A stretch of 64,000 nt of DNA from the human T2T-CHM13v2.0 reference genome, Homo sapiens. The notes below the pieces were generated by a model that ran no database searches, had not been told where the DNA came from, and saw only the letters and a program-made list of their open reading frames with translations. The position numbers and the translations under genes are program-made. The DNA lies in assembly GCF_009914755.1 (NCBI RefSeq), contig NC_060926.1; one strand, 5' to 3'. Positions 14,421 through 28,125 of the stretch are shown in pieces (position 1 is the stretch's first letter; each line of letters starts with the position of its first letter).

Positions 14421-15510
14421 GTATATTGCCTTTATTCTTGAGTTTTCAGGATTATAGATGCACCATTTGTTAAAAGTTATTTACATACTTATTTGCAGCA
14501 ATTTCTTTTGCATTTACTTATTGTTTGAAAAATTCAAAATTATGATGTATGTCATTGATCACCATTTGTAATTTCTAATCAAGTGAAATATTCTGTGGGA
14601 TAGATAATTGCGGATGCACTTTTTGTGAGTTAATGATATGTTCTCATAATGAAACAGGATCATGAGGCTAGGTTGATGTGATGTCATATTTCTCTGCAGT
14701 CTACAGTATGCTTCCACGTTTACTGTCATATCTCCTATTAGCAACATTTTGTTCCTCTACAGGTAATATACAAAAATATCTCCTACCTATGAAAATTTAA
14801 ATTTTAGCTCAACTGTTTCATGTTTATTATAAAAGAAAATAAAAAATAAGTAAATACATACAAAGCAGTAAAACAATAACAAATACCCCCAAATTAAAGA
14901 AGTTCAACCTGCTATCACCAATATGGTTTCAGGAGACTGTTTTCATGATATGGAGACTGAGCTGAAAGGATTTCCTCCTCTATGTTCATCATAGCTTTTA
15001 ATTTAATTTTACTCACCTTACTTTGGCTCGAGACCCTCAGTCACCTCTGTTCAGGAGGCAGAGCAGTTCTTTACCATCAATTGTGATAGGCACGGGGAAC
15101 CAGGCTGAGAGAATGAAGTGCCTCCTACAGCTACTTTGAAAAGTAAGTATCTTAGAACTTGATTATTTAAAATAATAGTAATTTTAAATACTTTGATGTT
15201 GATTTTAATATCCCTTTCTTACAATATATGTTCCAATATTTTATTATCTAAATATTCATATTATATAAATTATACTTATAATTACTGTATAAATAATTAA
15301 TGTTCATTAACAGCAAACTTTTTATTATGGCAAAATCTAATAACGACTCTTGCCAACACATTAAGTTGTAGTCATTCTATTTTTAAGTAGCTATTAAATT
15401 CTTTAAAAAAGATTTTTTAATAAAGGAGAGCTCTAAAAGTTTATATTAACTTAATTTTAACCAATACAAAAGATAACTTTGTAAAAAAAGAAAAAGTCCT
15501 CTAAAAAGAA

Positions 15511-17458
15511 AACAATCTGGCAAAGTGATTCTAAAGTTCATATGAAGAGGAAAAAGACCCAGAATATCCAACACAATATTGAGGGAGAAGGATTACATGA
15601 ATTTGAAAAATTCACACTGACATCAAGACTTACTATAAAGCTACAATAATCAAGAGAGTGTGTTACTGGCAAACTGATAAACAAACAGATAAATGGAAAA
15701 AGATAGAGATCCCAGAAATAGACCCACACAAATATAGTCAACTGATATTTAACAAAGTAGCAAAGGCATTTCAATTAAGAACAGATAGCCTTTGCAACAA
15801 ATGGCGCAGGAACTACTGGACATCTACGTGCAAAAAAAAAAATTAATCGAGATATTAACCTTATACCCTTTGCCAAAATTAACTCAAATAGATTACAGAC
15901 ATAAAATGCAAAACTATAAACCTCATAGAAGATAGCACAGCAGAAAATATAGATGAAATCTTGGGTTTAGTGCTGACATTTTAAATTAAAAGGGAAAATT
16001 CATTAAAAAAAGGATGGATACAATGGACTTCATTAAAATTAAAAACTTCCCCTCTGTAAAAAGGACTATCAAAATTTCAGCACTTTGGGAAGCTGAGGCA
16101 GGAGTATTGCTTGAGGCCAAGAGTTGTAGACTAGCCTGGACAAGGTAGTAAAACACTGTTTATAAAAACAAAAATTTAAAACTGGGCATGGCGGCACATG
16201 CCTGTAATCCCAGCTACTTAGGAGACTGAGGCAAGAGCTGAGCTCAGGAGACTGACACTGTAGTAAGCTATGACTGCGTCACTGCACTCAGGCCTGGTGA
16301 CAGAGTGAGACTCTGTCTCTCAGAGAAAAAAAAAAAATGTCAATGAGAATACAAGTAACAGTCTAGTAGAAAATATTTGCAGAGACATACCTAATAAAGA
16401 ACTGTTATTCAAAATAGACAAGAACTTTTAAACTCGACAATTAAGAAATGAGCAACTCAATTAAAAAAGGAACAAGAGAGCTGAACAGACACCTCACCAA
16501 AGATGATATACAGATGGCAAATAAACATATGAAAAGAAGCTTGACATCATAGTCATTAGGGAATTGCAAATTAAAATAACAATGAGATATCACTATACAG
16601 CATTTTAAATGGGTAAAATCCAAAACATTGACAACATCAAATGCTGATGAGGGGGCAGAGCAATAGGAACTCTCATTCACTGTTGGTGGGAAGGCAAAAT
16701 GGTAAAGCAACTTTGAAAGACAGTTTTGGGAATTTCTTACAAAACTAAACATACTCTTACTATCTGATCCATCAATTCTACTCCTTGGTGTTTACTCAAA
16801 AGAGTTAAAAACACGTCCACACAACAACTTGCACACAAATGTTTATACCAGATTTATAATTGCCAAAACGTGAAAGCAACTAAGATGCCCTTCAGCAAGT
16901 GCATATATAAATAGTTACATCTAGACAATGGAATATTATTCAGTGTTAAAAAGAAATGAGATATCAAACCATGCAAAGATATGAAGACATTTTGAATGAA
17001 TATTATGTGAAAGGAACCAATATGAAAAGTCTCCACACTGTAAAATTTCAAATATATAACATTCTAGAAAAGGCAAAACTGTGGAGACTAAAAAAATCTG
17101 TGGCTGTCAGAGATTTGCAGACAGAAAGGGGTGAATAGGTGAAACAGGTAATGTTTAGGGCAGAATAACTGTTCTGTATGATACTACAATGGTGGCTACA
17201 TGTCTGTATACATTTGTCAATATCCATAGATTGTACCACATTAAGAGTGAATACTAATGTAAATTAAGGGCTTTAGTTGATAACGTCAATGTGGTTCTTC
17301 TGTTGTAACAAACATACTGCACTGATTAGGTAGGTTTATGGTGGGGGTGTCAATGTGTGTGAGAGCAGGGAGGGAGCAAATGGGAATTCCCTATACTTTG
17401 TGCTCAATTTTGTTGTAAAGCTGAAACTGTTCTTAAAAAAACACTATTAATTAAAACA
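15511..17458 (+). mobile_element. 5'-truncated old L1 (L1MC1/2-like): ORF2 end plus 3' UTR, with nested Alu
   Basis: ORF2 remnants (IEIPEIDPHKYSQLIFNK; gaacagacacctcaccaaagatgatatacagatggcaaataa); L1MC-type 3' UTR ending gctcaattttgttgtaaagctgaaactg. Confidence 0.88.
16072..16337 (+). mobile_element. AluJ, 5'-truncated, inside L1
   Basis: cagcactttgggaagctgaggcaggag...gacagagtgagactctgtctc + A tail. Confidence 0.9.
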
Positions 17459-18366
17459 AAGAAAGTTATCAATTTAACGTTACATTATGCAGTCACTCAA
17501 GGAATGTATAATATTAATATTTCATTTTTGTTTTTATTGTCCTTATACAAGAGAGTTCTTCTAACCTCCATCCCCAATACACACACACACACAAACACAT
17601 TTCCTGTATATGTTTAAAGCTTATCTCACAAAAGATTATTTTTCTTTACTTGGTAGATGATATTATGGAATGATGTCTTATGTCAAATTGTTATAAATTT
17701 CAGGTCTAAGGCATTGACATTTTATGGCCTGAGGCAGGCCAGTGGATGTGATGACATAGAGTAGAACTGGACTATCTTAATGAGTGAATCAATTAGGGGA
17801 TCAAACATATTTTAAATCTTATTATGGACCCATAATCTAGAAGGGATTTCATAGTAAAATTTCTTAAGTATTAAAAACTAAACTGATGTGACAGTTACTT
17901 AAGATCAAATAATAAGCCTTTGCTTTCACAGTATTTGTCAAATAATTTTTTAATTAAAATAAGAAGGTGATGAAAATAAGAAGGCTATGGTAAAGAGAAT
18001 ACCTTAAGCTATTGAGTTCACTTAGAGTACACTTGCGAGGATGTGGATGGATTCTTGGGCACCGAAGCTTCAGATTTATTTTAAAAGCTCATTAATAAAT
18101 CAAAATTTTGTCCTTTTCTGCAGCAATGTGTATGCATTAACCTTTTACAAAGAAAATGCAACAGCAATGTTTTTATTTCTTACATTATTTTCTGCAAACT
18201 TTAAAATTTAACATTTGTGTTAGTTATATTTGTAAGATTATAAGCTTGTATTTCAGGCATATTTTTAAAAACACAGGGATATATGCAATATGTACGAAGT
18301 CATCTCTGGTGCTTTGCACTTTAACCAATTCATTCACCATTTAAAAACAATTAAAAAATTAATTAA

Positions 18367-18455
18367 GCTGGATTCTGCCCTTGGATACACACAACAAAAC
18401 CCCCATTGAAGTCAATGGAAATTGTGCATGCATATCCAGGGGCAGAATTTGGCCC
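18367..18455. repeat. Ancient-looking palindromic element with core ccattgaagtcaatgg (possibly Penelope1_Vert-type relic)
   Basis: arms attctgcccttggata / tatccaggggcagaat (15/16 complementary) around a 7-2-7 palindromic core; family name recalled, uncertain. Confidence 0.7.
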
Positions 18456-20111
18456 GCTGTGTTTAATTCACTCTGATCATTCCTATTAATTCAATATTAA
18501 TATTTCCGTTCATTTATTCAATTAGTTCTGTGGTATTCAAAATTCGTTGTATGTAATACATTGCGATCAGTCAATCATTACGTTTCCAGTCCACTTTCTA
18601 ACAATCAATATTTGAAGTTAGTCAAGGCAAAATGCACTTAAAAACCAAACAGAAAAAGAATTAGTCCCTCTGCAGAGATATCTCCCACTTTGTTGCCTGG
18701 TTTCTTGGGCCCAACCTCTCCCTGTGGATTTAGTCAGTGTGAGAGACATTAATAAATGTGGGGCAGAGTTGGCCCTTAGATCAAATGCTACTTTGTAGGG
18801 TAGCCAAGTAGGGCTATCTAATAACAGCCAGATGTGAAAGACTAAGCTCATGAAATACCCACCACTTAATTAGGTCACACAATACCATTTGGATTCTAAC
18901 CAAATTTGGGTTATCTCTTTTCTGAGTGGAGGGATCTCTTCTGTCTTCCAAAAACAGATCAAAACCAACACAGTGTGTTAATATTGCAGTATAAACATTG
19001 CATGCATGAATAAGTAGGGCTAAATTCAAGAAGTGCAATGATCCCCATGCTCCAAATTCATTAAAATATGACTTCTGTAGGCAGGAAAATGTAACCTTCT
19101 TATATAATTTTTACATCTGTTACAGGTATCCAGACTATGCAAGATTATCTGCAAATTTATAGAGGGAAAGTCTGTGGAAATTTACAGTTCATATTTAAGT
19201 ATTCATTGAACATTCTAAAAATAATTATATTTTGTTTCTTAATAGCTTTATGAGTTCTAATTGTAATATAATAAACCACATGTTTAAAATCTACAATTTG
19301 ATAAATTTTGATGTACATATACACCTGTGATATTGACATTACACTCAAGATATTGAACCTATTTATCACTCCAGAAAGTTTCCTCATGTCTCTTTTGTAA
19401 TCCCTACCTTTGATTCCCTACCCATGTCTCCCTTCAGGTAACCACTGATTTACTTTCTGTTATTAGAGATTAGTTTGAATATTTCACAATTTTAAATAAT
19501 AAGAAATATACTATTTTGTGTCTGGCTTTTTCACTCAGCAAAAATAATCTGAGATTAAATCATGTTGTGTGTATCAATAGTTTCATTCCTCTCTATTGCT
19601 GAGTAGTATTCCATTGTATAGATATATAGTAATTGATTTATGCATTGCCCTGAGGGTGGACATTTGGGTTGTTTCTGGTTTGAGGTTACTAAAAGTAAAG
19701 CTGCTGTGAACATTGTTGTACCAATCTTTGTATACACGTACCTTTTCTTTTCCCTTAAGTAACTAAGTAGAAGTGGAATGGCTGGGTAATATCATATGTG
19801 TATATTTAACTTTTCAAGAAACTGCCACATTATTTCCAAAGTGGTGTGCCATTTTATATTTACATCAGTATCATCACATGAGAGTTCTAGTTCCTCCAAA
19901 TCCTTATCAACATTTGGTATGGTCAGTCTTTTTAATTTTAGCCATTCTCATAAGTGTGTAATAATATCTATCATTGATTTATTTTGCATTTCTCTAGTAA
20001 TTATGTTTAATATCTTTGTATGTGCTTATATGCCATCTGCTTATCTCCTTTGGTGAAGTGTCTATTCAAATCTTTTGTCCATTTTTAATTGGGCTATTTG
20101 TTTTCTTTTCC

Positions 20112-20413
<302 letters not shown>

Positions 20414-23237
20414 TGTTTGTTTTTTTATTGCTGAGCTTTAAGAGATATTTATTTTTTTCTGAATAAAAGTCCTTTCTCAGATATATGTTTGATACATATT
20501 TTCCCTCAGTCTACACATTGCCTTCGATTATCTTAACACTGTTTATTTAAAGAACTGATTTTTAATTGATAATAGATTTATTTTTAAAAAATTTTATTTT
20601 TAGAAAAATGCTATTAGTGTTATATTTTAAAAGTATTTATGCCTAGTCAAATGTCACAAAGATTTTCTTTTAGAAGTTTTATGGTATTATATTTTGCATT
20701 TAAGTCTGTATTATCCAGTTGAATTAATTTTCAAATACGGTTCAAAGTAAGGATCAAAGTTTGTTTTTCTTTGAATATTAATATTCGATTGTTTCAGAAC
20801 CATTTGTTAAATAGCATAAGCTTTCTCCACTGAATGAGCTTCACACTTGTCAAAAGTAAGTTATCCATATCTATTCTTCTGTCTTTATGCCAATACCATT
20901 CTTTCTTGATTGTTGTCACATTATGCTAGTCTTGAAATCAAGTAGTTTCAGCCCTCAAATATGTTCTTCTTTCATAATATTGTTTTGGCTATTCTAGATC
21001 CTTTCCTTTTCCATATAATTTTTGGAATCAACTTGTCTTTCTCCAGACACCCTTCTGGGATTTTGTTTGAGACTGTATTAAATCTGTAGAAAAATTTGGA
21101 GAAAATTGGTAAATTAACTCTATTGACTTTCCCAACCAATGGGCATGGCGAATTTTAGATTTATTTACTTTTTCTTTAATTTATTTCAACAATATTTTAT
21201 AGTTCCCAGTGTGCAAATATTGAGGATTTTTTATCATACTTACTTCTAAGAATTTTGTTTTTTATACTATTGTGGATAGTATTTTTAAAATATCAATTGC
21301 AGATTGTTTGTTGGTAGCAGACGATAATTTTATATCAGAATTATATTCTGCAGTCTTAACCAACGAACTTATTAGGGTTAGGAGGTTTTTCTGTAAGTTC
21401 TATGGGATTTTCTGCATAGGAAATCATGTCATCTGAGATTAGGACAGTTTTAGTTCCTTGCTTCTAATTTGAATTTTTTTTCCTATTAGTTTATTGAAAT
21501 GTCTAAAATCTCCAGTACATTGTAGAACAAAAGTGGTGAACGCAAAAATTTTTGTCTTTTTCTTGATCTAAGAGAGAAAAACTTCAGTCTTTCATCACCA
21601 TAAGTATGGTATCAGCTGTATATTTTCCCTTGATGGACTTTGTCAGGCTTTGGAAATTGCCATCTATTTCTTGTTTACTAAGATTTCTATCAAGAATGAA
21701 TATTGAATTTTGCCACATACTTGCATGTGTGTGTATTTGTATTAACATGATCATATGGTTCTCCTTTAATAGTTTATTAATATAGTGAATTACATGGTTT
21801 GATTTTTGAAAACTGAATCAGCCATGCATCACTCAGATAAACCCCAGTTTGTCAGGATGAAGTATTACCCTGCTTGTATATTGTTGTATTTGACTTCCTT
21901 ATATTTCACTGAGAATTTCTGTATGCATGGCATGAGGGAGACAGGTCTGTAGTTTTCTTGCAGTGAGGTAGTTTGGTGTTCATATCAGGCTAATGTTTTC
22001 CTTATAGTATGAGTAGGGACATTTTTCCTCTTCCTGAATTTCTGAATGAATTTGCATAAAATTGGTACAATTTTTTTTCTTAAATGTATGGTAGAATTCA
22101 CTACTGAAACCATCTGGGATGAAAGAATTTTTTGGAATGTTTTTAAATTAAAAATTCAACTTATTTAAAATAGATAGGGCTATTCATATGATCTCTTAAG
22201 TGATCATTCAATTGTTTCTCTGCTATTTCCATAATTTCTGCTCTGTCTTTTATGATTTTATTTTCTTATTACTTTAGATTTATTTTGTGCTATTACTAGT
22301 ATTTTATCGAAGACCCTAAAGTCATTGCTTTAAGACTTAAAACATTTATTTAACTAGTCATTTGGTGGTATAACTTTTCCTGCTTATCATGGTTTGTACT
22401 GCGTTGGCAGCATCCTACACATTTTGATATGCTGTGTTTTCATTTGCATTTCTAATGACTTTCTAATTACTCTTTTGATTTATTTTTCTGACCAGTGGAT
22501 TACTTAGAAATGTGTTCTACAATTTCTAAATATTTATAGATTTTCCAGAGATTTTTCTGTTATTTGTTTCTAATTTAATTTCATTGTAGTCAGAGACCAT
22601 GTTTGTTTTGCTTTTGAATATATTGGGACTTGTTTTATGGACAAAAAATAGGATATATTAATAAATGTTTCCCGTGCACTTAAAATAATGTATATTCTAT
22701 TGTTGAGTGGCATGTTTAATGAGTCAAATTGGTTGATAGTACTTTTTTTTTTTTAGTTCTTCTATATCCTTATTTTCTATTTCTTCTATCAATTGTTGAA
22801 ATGGGGTACTGAAACCTCCGACTGTAATAATGCATTTATTTTTTTCTTGTGGTTCTGTCAGTTCTTACTTTATGTTTTGAAACCTTCTTTTTAAAAACAT
22901 CAAAGTTTAGGAATGCCATATCCTCTTGCCAAATTTATGCAATTATTACTATGAAATGACCAGCTTATCCTTTGATTAGTGTTAGTATGGTAAATCTTTT
23001 GTCCTTTTAATGTTAAACAATTTTTCTATATTTAACATGCATTTCTTGTAGGCAGTCTATAGTAAGATCTTGCTTTTTAATCTAATATGATAATCTCTGA
23101 CTTTTAATTGGAATTTTTACCTTATTTCTGTTTAATATGATTGTTATTATTAGGTTCAATCCTATCATCTACTATTTATTTTATATTTGATCTTTGTTCC
23201 CATTCTGCTGTATTTTTCTGCCTTTTTTGAGTTAATA

Positions 23238-24513
23238 TTAGGTTAGTGCAAATGTAATTATAGCTTTTGCATTGTTAGAATTTGCTGTTTGACATTGGAA
23301 TACGTTCTTAAATAAATGTGGTTAGGTTATACATCATTTTAATGGGCATTGCTTGCTTTATGGGTTTTTTTTTTTACTAATGACTTATTATTTGCTGTTT
23401 ATTTTTGACTATGGAAATGATGTTAGACACAAAGCAAATTCGAGCGATTTTCTTATTTGAGTTCAAAATGGGCTGTAAAGCAGTGGAGACAACTCGCAAC
23501 ATCAACAATCCATTTGGCCCAGGAACTGCTAATGAATGTACAGTGGAGTGGTGGTTCAAGAAGTCTGGCAAAGGAGATGAGAGCCTTGAAGATGAGGAGT
23601 GTAGTGGCTGACCATTGGAAATTGACAACAACCAATTAAGAGCGGTCATCAAAGCTGATCCTCTTACAATGACACAAGAAGTTGCCAAAGAACTCAATGT
23701 TGACCATTCTTTGGTCATTCAGCATTTGAAGCAAATTGGGAAGGTGAAAAAGCTTGATGAGTGGGTGCCTCATGAGCTGAGCGAAAATTTTTTTAAAAAT
23801 CATTGTTTTGAAGCGTTGTCTTCTCTTATTCTACGCAACAACAGTGAACCATTTCTCTATCAGATTGTGATGTGCAAGGAAAAGTGGATTTTATATGACA
23901 ATTGGTGATGCCCAGCTCAGTGGTTGGACAGAGAAGAAACTCCAAAGCACTTCCCAAAACCAAACTTGCACCAAAAAAAGGTCATGGTCACCATTTGGTG
24001 GTCTGCTGCCGGTGTAATCGACTACAGCTTTCTGAACCCCAACAAATCATTACGTCTGAAAAGTATGCTCAGCAAATTGATGAGATGTACTGAAAACTGC
24101 AATGCCTGCAGCCGGCATTGGTCAACAGAAAGGGCCCAACTCTTTACAACAACTCTCGACCACATGTCGCACAACCAACACTTCAAAAGTTGAATGAATT
24201 GGGCTATGAAGTTTTGACTCATCTGTCATTCACCTGACCTCCTGCCAACTGACTACCACATCTTCAATCATCTCGACAGATTTTTGCAGGGAAAAAGCTT
24301 CTACGATCATCAGGATGCAGAAAATGCTTTCCAAGAATTCATCAAATCCCAAAGCATGGATTTTTATGTTACAGGAATAAACAAACTTATTTCTCATTGG
24401 TAAAAATATGTTGATTGTAATGGTTCCTATTTTGATTAATAAAGATGTGTTTGAGCCTAATAATGATTTAAAATTCATAGTCCAAAATCGCAATTACTTT
24501 CCCACCAACCTAA
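23238..24513 (+). mobile_element. Full-length Hsmar1 mariner transposon (1276 bp)
   Basis: TIRs ttaggttagtgcaaatgtaatt / aattactttcccaccaacctaa, TA duplication at 23236-37 and 24514-15, internal transposase. Confidence 0.96.
23411..24439 (+). pseudogene. Inactivated Hsmar1 transposase
   Basis: MEMMLDTKQIRAIFLFEFKMG..., WVPHEL, SPDLLPTDY, ...CNGSYFD*; stops at 23609 and 23906, frameshift near 24045; first two catalytic Asp lost. Confidence 0.94.
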
Positions 24514-27068
24514 TATATTGTATTATTCCATTTTATGTTTTGTTGGTGTATTCACTATTAGTCCTTGATTTATTACTTTAATGATTATCTTATAGTTTGT
24601 AGCATATATCTTTAACTTATCACAGTCCTGTATAAGAACTTTACCATAGTATTCTTCTATCACCATTCTCCTAGAAATGAACTGCTGCTGTTTTAAATTC
24701 TAATTACATGTATGCTACAAACCCCACAACATATTTTTATCGTTTTTGTTTAAACAGTCCATTATGTTTTAAAGAGATTTAATACTAAGAAAACAATTTG
24801 TTCACTCATGTAATTACCTTTTCTGATGTCATTTATTCGTGTAGATGCATATTTTCATTTATTATTACTCAGCCTGAAGGAATTCTTTTAACATTTCTTA
24901 TGTTACCTACCTGTTAGTAACAAATTCTGTCAGCTTTTGTATACATGCAAAAGTTTTAGTTTACTTTTGCTTTTGAAAGATGTCTTTGCTGGGTATAGAA
25001 TTCTAATTCAACAGATTTATTCATTCAGTGCTTTAGAAATGATACTCCATTGTCTTCCTGTTTTTATTGGTTTAACAAGAAATCTGTCATATCTTTTTCT
25101 TTGCTTCTTTATCCTTATCTTTGCTTCTTTTTTTTTTTTTTTTCTGGGCACTTTTAAGAGTTTCTCTTTATCCCTCGTTTTGAGCAATGTGATTATAATG
25201 TAATCTGGTGAGGTTTTCTTTATATTTTTGTGCTTAAGTTTGTTTGAATTTCCTGGATCTATAGGTTTACAGTTTTCATCAAATTAAGAAAGTTGTCAGT
25301 CATAATTTCTCCAAATTATTTTTATGTCCATCCTCTTTCAACTCTTTCAGGGACACCAATGACACAAATATTATGCCATTTAAAGTGGTTCCACAACTCC
25401 CTAATTCTCTGTTTACTTTTTTTAAATAAATATTTTAAAAAATATTTTCTGTTCATTTTAAAAGATAAATATTTTATTTTTGTTTTTCTATTGCTATGTC
25501 TTCAAATTTATTAATTTTTTTCTGCAGCATCTTACCTGCAACTTATCTCATCCAATGTATTTCATCTTAGACATTGTAGATTTCATCTTCACAAGTTTGA
25601 TTTTGGTATTAAAAACATTATCTCTTCCTTTACCTCTTACAATGCAATTATAAATTCTATCTTAACATCCTTATCTGTTAATTCTAACATCTGTGGAAGT
25701 TCTATGTGGATTTGCTTGATTTTTATTCTTATCATGGGTTGTATTTTCCTACTTCTTGTCATGTCTGGTAATATTTGATTAGATGACGGTATCATACATT
25801 TTATTTTATTGAGTGTATAAATAGTCTAGAGCTATATTCTGGCACACAGTTAAATCATATGAACATAGTTTGATTCTTTTGGATCTCCCTTTTAAGATTT
25901 GTAAGTTGGGTCTGGAGCAAAGCTCAGTCTAGGACTAATTATTCCCTACCACCCAGGCAAGATTCTGTTGAGTACTTTTTACCCAGTGCTCCATTAATCA
26001 TGAGGTTTTCCAATCTGGCTGGTAAGGATAGACACTACTCCCACTGTGGGTGATCACTGGAAATTGTAACATCTAACATTTTTGGATCCTTCTTTCCCTG
26101 GTTTGGGGTAGTTTCTTAATGATCTTCAGTGTTACTTCTCAGTTGAAAGTGGAAGTCTTAAGTTCATCAGGTAATCATAATTTTTGTGCCATGGCCTCAT
26201 CATTGCATCTCAAACAGGGCACAGAAAAGGGCAGGTTATGGTCCTCTTCCACAATAAGCCATCTAAATTTTCACAACATGAAGAACTTGGAGAAGTGGCA
26301 ATTATCTGGTTAACTGACTAACTGTAGATCATAGGCATCATTTGTTGTAAACATTATTTAGGGTTCAGAATAATTCAGTTTGGGGAAATAAAATCTAGTT
26401 TGAATTCAATGACAGATTTTCATGTGACTCTGCTCTTTGTGTCACTGGGTAGATGCATGCGATTCCAATCATCACATAGTAGCTTAGCAGAATGGAGACT
26501 AGTAACTAGCTCATTCAATTTAGCCTTCTCTTTGGGGGTATTACGGCCTACTGAGTACAGAGTGAATGAATGATTCTGATGATTATAAAGGCCATTGAAG
26601 ATCTCTACTAGTCAATTTTTCATTTGCCTTTTAAAAAATTGTAGTTTCAGCTTTACTTTTATAGCTCCAGGAACATCCAGTTACATTTTTCTTTATTATT
26701 TTTTCTTTAAAGATAAGATCATCAATAAGACGATTGTCTTGCTCATTTAAAAATATTCTTTTTCTCTTCCCACATCCCAAAAATTACATAAACTTTTCCA
26801 TTCTTAATTCAATGACTTAAACAACTGTTGTGAATTCATAAATGGAAGCATTTGACTACAGGTGGGGATTAATAATTTGGAAGGGCAGGAAAACTGTTGA
26901 AAACAAAGAGCTAGTGTCCAAGTAAATATCTCTTGAGAAATTAGGAAGTACAAGTTACACTGCATGAGAAGAATTGTTACTGAGTGTAATGGTTTAAAGA
27001 ATTCCAGGTGGTCTGCGTGGGTCATAATGCTAGCATTTCATCTTGGAATAATCTTTATTCTTTTCTTT

Positions 27069-27071
<3 letters not shown>

Positions 27072-27099
<28 letters not shown>
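27072..27099. repeat. poly-T tract
   Basis: direct reading. Confidence 0.9.
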
Positions 27100-27103
<4 letters not shown>

Positions 27104-27689
27104 ACTAGGGCTGCTCCTGCAAAGTGCTAGAAAGTTTGTTCCTATAGGCTCTTTAAGTCTGTAGCTACATTAATACAAAATAAAATGTGAAAGAATAATC
27201 TGTTAGGAAAGTGTTTCTTTTGTACTAACTATAGAGATAAAAAAAGGCAAGATAACTTTTGAGGTGATGATGGGTGAAGGAGGTATGCATAATCTGGATC
27301 GATGCCTAATTCACCACTTCACTTTCCTCGTGGGAGTATAGCTCTAGTGTCCACAGGTTGAAACCTCAAGGATTTTCTATTTTTTTGTTGTTGTTGGAGG
27401 AGAGAGATAGAGATTAAAGTCTTTTTTCTTTGGTAGATAAGGAGATCTATGCTGGTAAATCATGAACAGAAGAGAAGGTGGGGTAGATGGTAAGGAATGA
27501 TGAAGCAGAAACAATTGGCTTGGACCTCATGAGCTGCCATCTTTTCCTCACTGCCAAGATGGCCCTTATAATTCACTCTACAACAGAATGTAGCAATTCC
27601 CACTGAAAATAGCCTGTTCTTGTCTTCAAGGCAAATGAGCAAGTTTTACTTATCTTTTTATAGCCGATTATTTCACACTCTATATTAAT

Positions 27690-28125
27690 CCTTCATTCTT
27701 CCCATTGCCTTAAGAGTAAACTCCTTGGCATGGCTTCTTCTACAATCTAGTCCCAACTTATCACTGCATTCGTATCTGATGTCACATACCTCCAGTCACA
27801 CCATACAGTGACATTTCCCCAAGCATCATGCAGTTTTAAGCCTCTTCACAAAGATCTTTTCTCTACCTGGAATGCTTTACTTCTTTCTTACTCACCAAGT
27901 GCATCCTGTTCCTTTTTCAAGACCCACCTCAAATGTCTTATTCTCTTTGAAGCCGTTTTCAACTTTCTTAGGAAGAGTCATGGCTTCCCCTATTCGTATA
28001 ACACTTATCATTAACTATCACCCCTAGAAGCAATACACTGTATCTCCACCCTAATAATTAACTCATCACTGCCACAAGGTAGGCCTTAAGTAAATTAGTA
28101 TATGAAAAAAATTAAATGAATGAGC
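27690..28125 (+). mobile_element. L2 3' region
   Basis: cttcccattgccttaagagtaaactccttggcatggc...acctggaatgct...ttcaagacccacctcaaatgtc...aatgaatga. Confidence 0.7.

Noticed and set aside
23405-24193. ORFs resembling the SETMAR transposase domain
   Set aside because: Flanked by both TIRs and a TA duplication inside an L1, with stops and frameshifts and no SET exons; a free Hsmar1 copy, not SETMAR.
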